The notes under the pieces were generated by a model. It had not been told where the DNA came from, did no database searches, and saw only the letters and a list, made by a program, of their open reading frames with translations. Shown here one piece after another: positions 46,139-56,143 of a DNA stretch of 64,000 bases. A program made the translations under genes and the position numbers. Position 1 is the stretch's first letter; each line of letters begins with the position of its first letter. The stretch is taken from the NCBI GenBank assembly GCA_026936335.1, contig JAPMXV010000033.1:204548-268547 (forward strand), read 5' to 3'. Source of the stretch: Mantamonas sphyraenae STR306. Taxonomy: Eukaryota; Protista; CRuMs.

Positions 46139-49100
46139 ATGAAAGCACAGTGGACTGCTATTGCTGTACTCCTGTGTCTGGTGGCATTGGGCCACGCACA
46201 GAGTTTGGTGTCCTTTCCCGTGGCGGTGGGCGAGACCAAGACGATTGAAATGGTGGTGAACGCTGGCGACTCTCAAGCCCAGGATCGCTACACGACGGAA
46301 TGGCCCGCGGGGGCAACGTACATCGACTATTGGTGGACGACCAACTGCACTTCTGCCAGGCTTTACTACGAGCGGCATTGCTCGGCAGCAACACCTGCGT
46401 CGACCGCCGTCTTTTGCTCTGCTGGTTCGAGCACGAGCGACCAGGTCGAGCGCCAGAAGAGTGTGTTTAGCGGATCATCGGCTTTGACTACTTGCAGCGG
46501 AAACCCATGCGGTCCCACCAACCCTCTGGTAAAGTTGAGAAAAGGAGAGGGGGGAGAAAATGTGGGAGTGGCGCCGAAATTGCAACGGGTCGCATTTTTC
46601 GTGTGGCTGACACTTGCTTTTTTGCAACCGTTTGCAACGCACGCACACAGATGATCGGGTGGTACTTGAGCCGCTCGGGCACGACCAGCACGTGTACTAT
46701 GTCGCTGTCGGTCCGCGTTAGCTGTGAGTTTTCAGCGTGCATGCACGGGAGAGCAGAGGGATATAAAGGGCGCGCGAGGACCCAGAGGGTCGGGGAATTC
46801 TGGGATCGAGTTTGGCGTCGCGCGGCGCGGGTGCCAAACTCGATGTGTGGAATTCCGGACGGGAATCGTGAGAAACATGAGAAACGGGAGGGTCACTGAC
46901 ACTGGATGGGCATGGACACAGCTGAGTGCAACGGCAACGGCAACGAAGTGACCATCTCCTCGTCGTCGTACTGCACGTGCAACGGCCCCAACTTTGCTGG
47001 TGAGCGATGCTCGCGCACCACAACGTCGTTGGCTGCGCTTCAAACACATGTGCGCAACGACACGCTTCCGGAATCGCAGTCGAGCGAGGGCTTCCTCAAC
47101 AGGGGCATGTACTACTCGATCCCAGCGGGCATGCCGTCGGGCGAACCGGTGCACACGACCGTGACTGTGCGCCAGCGACCCGGAGACGCGTCGACGTGCG
47201 TGAACAACATCGATGTGTACGGACGGTACTCGTGCGGCACGACGTACAACGACGTGGACGCAACCAACAGCCTCTGCGTGAATCGCTTCCGCGCGTCCTC
47301 GTCAACCGGGTTTGATTCGAGCACGAGTAGCTCAGTCAACCCCAAGGTGCTCACGGACGACTCATTCAACACCAAGTCTTCATGCAAGTGCTCGATCACC
47401 AGCACGAGCAAGAGCGACGTTGCAAACTTGCGCTACGACATTGTGGTCGTGTCGAGCAGCCAGCCAGCCTGCGATTACCAGCTCGAAGTGACGCAGGTGA
47501 AGGAGTGCAACGACCACGGCACGTACGATGTGACCGCAGGTCGCTGCCGATGCAACTCGCCGTGGGCAGGCCCACGCTGCGATCAGCAGGTGGTGACGCT
47601 GGCCAACCCGGGTGCCTCGGGCGCAACGACGTACAATGGCACCATGGGCACCAACGCGTATCACTACCTGACGTTCCGCGTGGGTGGACGCTCGGCCAAG
47701 CTGCCGCGCGTCGTGGTGAAGCCGCAGACCGCAGGCGACACCTGTGTGGCCTCCATGGACGTCTACCTGAAGCAATTCTGTGGCAACGACTACACCGACA
47801 CGCAAACGGACTCGTTGTGCATGAACCGCTGGTCCCCAGACAGCACTGCCGCGTCATCGGGCACGGTGGACTCGGACACCGGCTCCAACAACCCCAAGGA
47901 GGTGACGTCGCGCACGTTCAAGACCATGACGTATTGTGGTTGCGACATTTCGTCGTCCAGCACCACATACACAGAGCGCTACTTTGATGTGGGCCGCATC
48001 CACTACGACGTGGTGCTCAAGACCACGACAACCGCATGCGCGTACAGCTTGTCGCTCACTGTGGGAGACGAGTGCAACTACAACGGCGTGCCGACCGTCA
48101 ACGCGACCACATCCGGCTCCGACCGCACCGCAGACTCCAAGTGCCAGTGCGACTCGTCGGCAAGTGGCCAATTCTGCAACCTGCCGCTGACCCAGCTGCA
48201 GCCCGGCGTGGTGTCGCAGCTGACCGCGTCGTACACAGAAGACGCCAACGGCCAGCTCGTCGACAGGAGCCACCTGCTCATGTATGTGGACACGGTGCCG
48301 GGCAACTTTGACATCAAGGTGACGTCGCGGGAGGCATCGGGCGTCGGCTCCGACTGCTTGTCGACGAGCACCCAGCGCATCGCCAAGTTTTACTACGACT
48401 GCGACGACACGTGCGGCACCAACACTCTCAACGTGGCCCGCGAGGCCCAATCCAAGAGCGTGTACCTGCGCAACACGTTCTCGTCGAGCACTACGTTCAA
48501 CACGCAGTTCCCGACGACCAGCACCGACACCATCCTGGCGTGCGGGTGCAACAAGACTGCAAGTGCCATCAAGAAGATGCGCCTGTACATCGACTTTCGT
48601 GCGTCTGCGACCAGTTCTGTGTCGCCGGGCTTCTTCTGTGTGGCCGACATCCAGGTGGACATGCCGTCGCCGTGCACGCCTGCAGACTGCTTTGGCAACG
48701 GTACGTGCGCCACCGGTGGCGTGTGCCAGTGCAAGGACGGCTTTGAGGGCATTTCGTGCATCAAGCAGCGCAACACGACGGCTGGCATCCAGGAGGTGTA
48801 CAACGCGGCGAACGAGTATTCGTTCAAGTCGAGCACGGGCGAGCCGACGCCGATGTGGATCCAGATTTCCAAGAGCAACAGCATCGCGTCTGTGCGCGTG
48901 GAGCCTGGGTCGTACTCGTCGTTCACGACGGGCTTTGGCCAGTCGAGCTCGGGCGACGCTGTGATCATGGCCAAGTGGAAGGCGATGCCTGACTACGAGA
49001 TGACAGTGGCGCCGTACTTTGGCGACTACAACCTGGTGGACTTTTCCTGCAAGGACTGCGACTTTGTGATCCGCAAGCCGCTGGTGGACAACGCCACGCT

Positions 49101-50769
49101 TTCGCTGGACCCGAGCTCGATGGAGGAAACCAACCAGGGCATCTACGTGGTGGTGGGCATCACCGGCGGCTACCGCAGCAACGAGCAGTACCGCACGGCC
49201 AACACCAACTCGCTGCGCTCGTTCAAGGTCAAGGTGTCGATCGAGGACCCGAACGGCGTGGTTGTGATTGTGGTGCTGATTCTGCTGGTGCTTGCCTTTG
49301 TGGCCTACATCTACGTGGGAGTGCGCTACCAGAAGTACAACCCGAAGGAGCACGCACAAAAGGTGTCGGAGGTCTTCAACGCTGGTTTTGAGAAGCTGGA
49401 AAAGAAGATGGTTTCGGACATGCGAGGCTCCGAGGCCAAGGAGGCCGAAGAGGAGGAGGAGGAAGAAGAGGGCGAGGAGGGCGAAGAGAAGGACGAGGAG
49501 AACCCCGTGGACGAGGCCAAGGAAGAGGCGAAGGAGGCGGCCAAGGAAAAGGCGGCCGAGGCCAAGGCGGCGGCGAGCTCGGCAGCCAAGTCGGCAGGCA
49601 GTGCAGCCAAGCATGCCGTGACGGACCCGATGCAGATTGTGGTGATTGTGCTGTCGAACTGCGTGGGCCTGTTCTTTGGTCTGATCAAGACGTTGTTCAA
49701 CGTGTCGCTGCTGTTTAGCAACTTTAGCAAGTTTACACCCCTGGACATCACCTTCTACCGCTTCCAAATGTCGCTGGCGGTGGGCGGCCTGGCCGACCTG
49801 CTGATTGGCTTTACGGCCATCTTTAGCGGCATCGACATTGTGGGCGGCGTGGGCCTGAGCTGGAACTGCGGAGGCGCAGGTGTGGTGCTTGCACCGTTCA
49901 TCCTGCTGCTGGGAGCGTTCTTCCTGCGCGTGCTGCTCAAGCGCGACTTTTTGCTGCTGTCGACCATGTGGCTCAACTCGTTCAAGAAGCGCCAGCCCGA
50001 AGGCAAGCGTCGTGCGTTTGTGTCTGGCCTGGTGAACCTGGGCAACGCGTTTATCTTTTACACCGTGCAGGTGATTGTGCTGACTGTGGGCGCCATCACG
50101 GGCAACCTGACAGGCGGCCGCAACTGCGGCGATCTGGATCTGGTGGTGCGTGGCTTGGGCGTGACCGTGGTTGCCATCATGCTGCTGATCTTCTTTGTGA
50201 TGCACTTCCACCTGTTTGCCGGCACAGACCCGAAGCTGACAAACTTGTCGGACGAGGAGAAGAAGAACATCGGAAAGGGAGGTTGGGCTGCTGCGGCCCT
50301 GTTCTTTGTGCGTGGTCTGGGACGCCTTCTTCTGCTGCTGCTGGGCATCTGGACCAACGGACAGGTCAAGGCCTACCGTATCACCGAGCGTGCAGCCAAG
50401 TACGACGACGACGAGGAGGACGACGACAGCCAGCAAGAAACCGTGATTGCAAGCGTGGGCAAGGCAAGTGGCCTGATTTGGCTGCTGTTCCCGTTCACGA
50501 TTGTGGCAACCAAGCTGACGGAGGCGCTGAACAACCCGCCGCTGTTTGACCTGACCAAGGACGACGCCGAGAATGATTCGGTCAAGTTGGATCTGATCAC
50601 CAACACGCGTGAGCGTGCGGTGGCGTATGTGAGCAACTTTTTGAACATGTTGGGCGTGGTGATCTTTGTGGCCTCGGCTGCGCCGGCGGGTCTGGTGATT
50701 GCCATGCTTGCGCTGCTGCCGAACTTTGGCCTGAACCTGTACCAGGAGCTGCGCGGCGACCCGCTCTAA
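46139..50769 (+). CDS. Cell-surface protein: signal peptide, Cys-rich repeat domains alternating with EGF-like domains, one TM, acidic linker, then a ~9-10 TM domain. Exons 46139-46528, 46651-46723, 46922-50769
   Basis: MKAQWTAIAVLLCLVALGHA signal; EGF motifs CTCNGPNFAGERC, CRCNSPWAGPRC, CQCDSSASGQFC, CQCKDGFEGISC; introns 46529-46650 and 46724-46921 keep the frame; multiple hydrophobic segments after ~49630. Confidence 0.85.
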
Positions 50770-50851
50770 CGGGTGGAGAGGAATGGAAGCTGGTGTTGGG
50801 TTGGCATGAAGTTTGTTTTGTTGTGTTGTTTGGGTGTGGATGTCTCACAGC

Positions 50852-52327
50852 TCACATGTCGCGCTCGACGACAATGGACCAGTCGGGGCGTTCGATCTCG
50901 CCGTACTGGATGCCGGTGATGGTGTCGAGGAAGCGGTGTGTGAGGTCGCCTGCGTTGAGCTCGGGGTTGATGGGCACGTCGTACTTGACGCCCTGGTAGG
51001 TGATGGACTCGATGGGGCACACGACGCAGGCGGTGCCTGCGCCAAAGGACTCGATGAGACGGCCCTGTTCAGAGGCGTCGACGAGCTCCTTCATGGTAAA
51101 GGCACGCTCGGTGACCTTGAACTCACCCCACTCACGGGAGAGGTCGAGGATACTGGAGCGGGTGACGCCCGGGAGGATGGTGCCGTCGAGGGGCGGGGTG
51201 ATGAGCTCCTTGTCGCCGTCCTCGTTGGTCCAAAAGACAAACATGTTCATGGTGCCGACCTCTGTGATTTCATCGTCGCCTTGCTTGTTCTTGAGGAGCC
51301 AGAGGATCTGCTGGGCACCCTGCTTGGCAGCCTGCTGCTGGGCAAGGATGGTCGGGCCGTAGTTGCCGCCGAGCTTGTAGTGGCCGACGCCGCCGGGCCA
51401 AGCACGGACCATGTCGCTGGTGGCGAGGAGGTTGACGGGCTTGAAGCCCTGGGCAAAGTAGGGCCCCACGCTGCTCTGGATGACAAAGATCTTTGCGCGG
51501 CTGCTGGCGGCAACGCCGAGAGAGGCGTCTGTGCCGATGGCAGTGGGGCGGAGGTAGAGGGAGTAGCCCTTCTTCTGCGGGATCCACTTGTGGTCGACGC
51601 GCAGGAGCTCCTTCATGCAGTTGAGCAGCTCTTCGCCGTTGAAACCAGGGAGAGCGAGGCGCTGCATCGACGTGTTCATGCGCCGCATGTTGTCCATGGG
51701 GCGGAAGAGGCGGATGGTGCCCTCGGCGTCCTTGTAGGCCTTCATGCCCTCGAAGCACTGGTCGGGTGGGATGGACGGTGGCGTGGGGGAGGAGGGCGTG
51801 TGAGTGCGAAGTGGCAAGGGAAGCAGTTTTTTACCAAAAAAACGGGGAAGCTGGCAAGCGAGGATTCGGGAAACGTCACACGGAAGGTTTTCTCCAAAAA
51901 GGCGATGGCGGACGACGCACCTCGATGCCATAGTGCAGGACGACTGTGGCAGGATCCATAGGCATGGGGCCGTACGGGTGGATGCGCGGTGCACCCCATG
52001 CACCGTCGGCAAAGTCGACCTCGAGCATGTGGTCGGTAAAGGTTTTGCTGGGAACGGGGTGTGTGAGTGAGAGAGGAGGGAGAAGAAGGGGAAGGGGAAG
52101 AGGAAGAGTGGATTGGGAGGAGGGAGGGCTTACCCAAACTGCAGCTTCTCCAGGGGCAGCATAGTCTTTGGGTTCTCGGTGAGAGAGACGGTGAGATCTG
52201 CGCTGCGGATGTCGTTCTCTGGGGCCAGCGAGGCGTAGGTGCGTGCAGAGGAGACGGCCAGGTTGGCCACAGTCTTTGCGGTGGTGTGGGTGGTGGTGGT
52301 GGTGGTGGTGGAGAAGCGGGAAAACAT
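50852..52327 (-). CDS. BCAT: Branched-chain amino acid aminotransferase (class IV PLP), probably mitochondrial. Exons 52327-52134, 52047-51921, 51757-50852
   Basis: FGKTFTDHML, LHYGIECFEGMKAY, LYLRPT, YKLGGNYGP (PLP Lys), ITEVGTMN, ILPGVTR, FGAGTA; N-terminal MFSRFS... presequence-like. Confidence 0.96.
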
Positions 52328-52371
52328 GGTCTTTTTGCTTGGAGGGGGGGGGGGGGTGGGGGTCACATCCT

Positions 52372-53907
52372 TCATGTGGACACACAGAGCTTGTCGAGCG
52401 TCTTTGCAAGTGAGGAGATGACTGTGGGCAGTTTGTGGAGGGTGTGCTTGGCGACGAGGCTGTCGATGCGGCTGGTGGCGATGACGGCTTTGCCGAGAAG
52501 GGCTTTGCCAGTGACGTGTAGGAAGCAGGTGGAAGCGACGGTGGTGAGGGTAGCGTGATGGTGTGTGAGGAGGTCGAGGGCTTGTGTGTGTTTGTTGGAG
52601 GAGGAGGAGGAGGAGGAGGAGGAGGCGCGTGCGCGGAGAGTGTCGATGGCGTGTTGGTGTTGAGCGAGGGTGCGAAGGATCTGCTTGGCTATGCTGGTGA
52701 GGTCGTCGCCAGGAAACAGCGTGCGGTGTTGGATCGAGTCGTCGGGGAGGTCGGGTTCGCCGAGGAGGCGCCAGCAGCAGGCAACGGGATGGTAGAGGGA
52801 GACATAGTCGGGGTCAAAGAGAGTTGGGTCGGCAATGCATCGGTGGGTATGGACAAGGAGAGGAAAAGTGTCGAGGGGGAGAGAGGACGGGTCGATGTGA
52901 CCGTGGGCGAGAGAGTCGCGGAGGCGCGGGCCATCGGGGAGCTGGAAGAGGTCCAGGAGGGCTGTAAAGAGAGGGATGCCAAGTGTGGTGAGGAGGGCGT
53001 TGTCGTCGTGTGGGCTCAGCATTTCCTCCATGGTGAGGAAGCTTGTGTGCATGACGGCGACGGCGCGGTCGGGTGTGTCGTTGACAGCGCAGTAGCAGAG
53101 ACGTAAGTGTTGCTCAAGAAGAGGCATGATGGTGACGGAGGCTGCGTGAGTGTCGCCGGCATCGTAGAGGGCGCAGGCGTGGAGAAAGGCGTCGTCGGGG
53201 AGCGTGGAGAGCGCGGACGGGAGCTCGGGGACGGGCCAGGGCGGGAGATCGACGGTGGCAGTTGGAGATATCCTGTCGGGGAGGTGGGCATGGACGGAGG
53301 CGAGAAGGAGGAGGAGAAATGGAGTCCAGGAGTCGGACCACCAGGAGGGGTCGGCGAAACCGTGCCATGCGATGTTGCGCAAGTTGAGGCCCAGGTGGGA
53401 GCCGACAGAGGCTTGGATGCAGAGAAGGAGGGGCTGGGGTAGCTTTTTGGCGAGATGGGGGCCTGTGAGGAGGTCTGTGAATCCTTTGTGCGACTTTGTG
53501 TGGGCCAGGGCGACGAGTGCGGCCTCGAGCTCGGCAGAGATGATGAGGGCGGCAAGGATGTGATGCGAGTCCTGGAGGTGGGTGAGGGCAGTGGTGAAGG
53601 GAGCCAGAGAGTCGAGGGAGGCGACGATGTCGTCGGAGAGGGAGTCTGCAAGGTAGAGGCAGGCGTGCGCGAGCGGGTGCATGATGGAGGTGGTTTCAGA
53701 GCGGGTAGAGAGGTCTGGTGGAAGGGAGGTGAGGTCGAGGGCGGCGGCAAAGGCCTCGGGAGGGAGGAGGAGAGCGGGCGGGGATTGGTTCATGTCGAGG
53801 AGCGGGTCGGGGGGCAGGGAGGAGACGAAGCGGTCGAGGGACGGTGTGGAGGATGGGTGTGGAGAGGAGAGGATGAGGGTGGAGACGTCATCGTGGAGGT
53901 TGGACAT
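52372..53907 (-). CDS. ERMARD: ERMARD (C6orf70)/DUF4209-like protein
   Basis: GLNLRNIAWHGF, LLEQHLRLCYCAVN and DGPRLRDSLAHG match motifs recalled for this family. Start is uncertain (MSNLHDD at 53907). Confidence 0.72.
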   Translation of the reverse strand: MSNLHDDVSTLILSSPHPSSTPSLDRFVSSLPPDPLLDMNQSPPALLLPPEAFAAALDLTSLPPDLSTRSETTSIMHPLAHACLYLADSLSDDIVASLDSLAPFTTALTHLQDSHHILAALIISAELEAALVALAHTKSHKGFTDLLTGPHLAKKLPQPLLLCIQASVGSHLGLNLRNIAWHGFADPSWWSDSWTPFLLLLLASVHAHLPDRISPTATVDLPPWPVPELPSALSTLPDDAFLHACALYDAGDTHAASVTIMPLLEQHLRLCYCAVNDTPDRAVAVMHTSFLTMEEMLSPHDDNALLTTLGIPLFTALLDLFQLPDGPRLRDSLAHGHIDPSSLPLDTFPLLVHTHRCIADPTLFDPDYVSLYHPVACCWRLLGEPDLPDDSIQHRTLFPGDDLTSIAKQILRTLAQHQHAIDTLRARASSSSSSSSSNKHTQALDLLTHHHATLTTVASTCFLHVTGKALLGKAVIATSRIDSLVAKHTLHKLPTVISSLAKTLDKLCVST

Positions 53908-54055
53908 TGAGTGGGGAGGTTGAGGTGTGGGGGTGGGGGCGGGAGGGTGGGAAGGGGGTGGGGTGGGGGTTGGAGGGGGGGGGGGGGGGGGGAAGTGCCT
54001 GCAGGGTGTAGGAAGTAGATGAGCGGGCGGTGGTTGGGCCATTGGATCTGATTCG

Positions 54056-56038
54056 ATGAGTGGGCGGGGTGCAAAAGTTGAACCCGAGTTGACGGGACGT
54101 GGGCCGTCCTGGGTCGCGCGCGAAGTGGAAAGAGGCACAGAGAGTGTGCGTGCAAAGATTGCCAATGGCTATGTGGCAGTGGTGGACTGGGTGGAGAATC
54201 TGGGGTTCAGAAAGGTGGGGTTGAGCGTGGACGACAATCCGTACGCGACGACGCAGTACGAGGAGCTCGCTGTGCTGGATGACACGGACATGGCGTGGAA
54301 GTTGAAGTTTTCAGTGCACAAGAAACGTTTCTTGCAGTCAGACGTGACAGAGACGACGCTACTGCGGTCGGAGCTGGAGACGATTCGGAAAACACACCGC
54401 CACCTCCCAGGGGCGGTTGGCATGAAGCTCATGACTTGGAGGAGGTCTGTTTTGTGCGGCGCCGTGTTGTTCATGTTGGTCAGCGTGGGGTTTGCGACAT
54501 CGCTGGCCGCGGACGCGGTGGACGAGGCGCAGGCAAATGTTCTTCGATTTCCGCCGAGGTACAGGGCCTCAGTGCAGGGGATGGCGGATCTCATCGCGTT
54601 CTCAAAGATTGTGTACACCGCAAGCTTGTATCCGACGCTGCTGTTGTTTATGATTGGCGCGTGCACGTGGAACAGGTACGGCGTTTCTCGGGGATTTGTC
54701 TGGGCCGCCTTCTTGGTGAGCGTGCTTGTTCCGTTCGTGGTGTATTTGGTCGTGCCATTCCGCTCGGGCGTGGACATGGAGGCGGTGGCGCAGCAGGTGT
54801 GTCGCGATGCGATGGGTGGTGTGGATGGGGGACCTGGGCTGGAGGACTTGTACGAAGCATCCGCGACGCTGAGAGGGAAGTTTCCAAACGGGGTGTGTTT
54901 GAAAACACCAGATGAGTGGGCAGCAACACTGAAGAAGCCTTTATTGGATGCAGGGGTGGCGCCGTTTGGAAACGGATCGTGCCCGTTGGCGATGGAGAGT
55001 TCGCACAACTCGTCGACAGGGGCAAATGGGGCAGCCGGGTCCTGCAGAGCGTGTGCACCGTGCTTTACGGAACCTTGCTTACTTGCACGCGGTCTGTTGG
55101 AGGCTGGGGCAGACAATGCGACGGTGGCTGCGTCGTTTCCACAGTGTGGGCCGAATTGCACAGCGTGCGTGGTCGATTGCAGAAGCGCCTACAAAGGGCA
55201 AGTGAACGCATTTGTGCAAGCGCAGCAATCATGTGTGGACGGCGCTGTGTGGCTGGTTTTGGAGGCTGTGGAGGTGGCTGCCGCAAATCACGAAGCGGCT
55301 GGGTTTTTGGTGGGCATTTATGGGGCGACGGAGGCACTTCGGACGCTGCTGCCGATCACCATGTCGCTGCTTACGGGTTCTTTGCGTGGCAACAAGGTGG
55401 CAAAGAATCTGCTGACATGGAGCAGGCTCAGCGGCTTCACGCTGATTTTGAACGCGATGGCGTCGCTTCCGTTCATGCTGGTTGGGCTTGCGGGGTTGTA
55501 CCAGTTGTCGGGCAGTGCTGCAGTGCTGCTCATGAATGTGTGCTTGGTGCTGAGCGTGGTCGTGTGGCTGTTTGCAGGGTCGCAGCTGACGGACGCCAAA
55601 CCACACAAAACGACGAAGCAGACATTGAGCATCGTGTCACTGGTGTCGAATCTCATGAGACTGCTGGCGTTGTTGTTTGGGCTGGCTTGGGTGACACAGA
55701 GTGACCTGTTGCTGAGCCAGCTGAGCGAGCTGTCGGCGGATCAAGGGCGCGTGGTCGATCTGCTCGTGCAGAAACTCACGGACTACTTTGGCAAAGCAAC
55801 ATTGACTGCGGTGGCGTACGTGGATTTCTCATTGTACATGAACGTGCGTGTGCATCACGCAGATGAGCACGATCGGAAAGACGTCGCTTTGCTTCGGGAT
55901 CAACTTCTGGACGACCTGGAGACGCTAACGGAGTTGGGCAGGGATGTTCGTGTGGAGTGGGAGGATGACGGGGGTGACACGGTGCGTGTGAGGAATTTCG
56001 GGCAGGGTGGGGAGTTGGCGGACGAGCAGGGAAGGTGA
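54056..56038 (+). CDS. Uncharacterised multi-pass membrane protein with a large Cys-rich loop (660 aa)
   Basis: Single ORF with about 7-8 hydrophobic segments; loop CRACAPCFTEPC...CGPNCTACVVDC with N-glycosylation sequons. Confidence 0.75.
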   Translation: MSGRGAKVEPELTGRGPSWVAREVERGTESVRAKIANGYVAVVDWVENLGFRKVGLSVDDNPYATTQYEELAVLDDTDMAWKLKFSVHKKRFLQSDVTETTLLRSELETIRKTHRHLPGAVGMKLMTWRRSVLCGAVLFMLVSVGFATSLAADAVDEAQANVLRFPPRYRASVQGMADLIAFSKIVYTASLYPTLLLFMIGACTWNRYGVSRGFVWAAFLVSVLVPFVVYLVVPFRSGVDMEAVAQQVCRDAMGGVDGGPGLEDLYEASATLRGKFPNGVCLKTPDEWAATLKKPLLDAGVAPFGNGSCPLAMESSHNSSTGANGAAGSCRACAPCFTEPCLLARGLLEAGADNATVAASFPQCGPNCTACVVDCRSAYKGQVNAFVQAQQSCVDGAVWLVLEAVEVAAANHEAAGFLVGIYGATEALRTLLPITMSLLTGSLRGNKVAKNLLTWSRLSGFTLILNAMASLPFMLVGLAGLYQLSGSAAVLLMNVCLVLSVVVWLFAGSQLTDAKPHKTTKQTLSIVSLVSNLMRLLALLFGLAWVTQSDLLLSQLSELSADQGRVVDLLVQKLTDYFGKATLTAVAYVDFSLYMNVRVHHADEHDRKDVALLRDQLLDDLETLTELGRDVRVEWEDDGGDTVRVRNFGQGGELADEQGR

Positions 56039-56143
56039 GCTGCTGGGTGACTTTGTTTGGGAAATTGATGACGACAAGACATGCAATGGGGTGGCAACCC
56101 AAGCGAGAGGTGGGTGAGTGGGAAGATGTGCGAATGAAAGGCT

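Noticed and set aside
47854-50436. 860-aa antisense ORF and other long shadow ORFs (e.g. 36924-39134, 31356-32996, 12338-13681)
   Set aside because: Antisense to well-supported genes; expected from GC-rich codon bias; no motifs.
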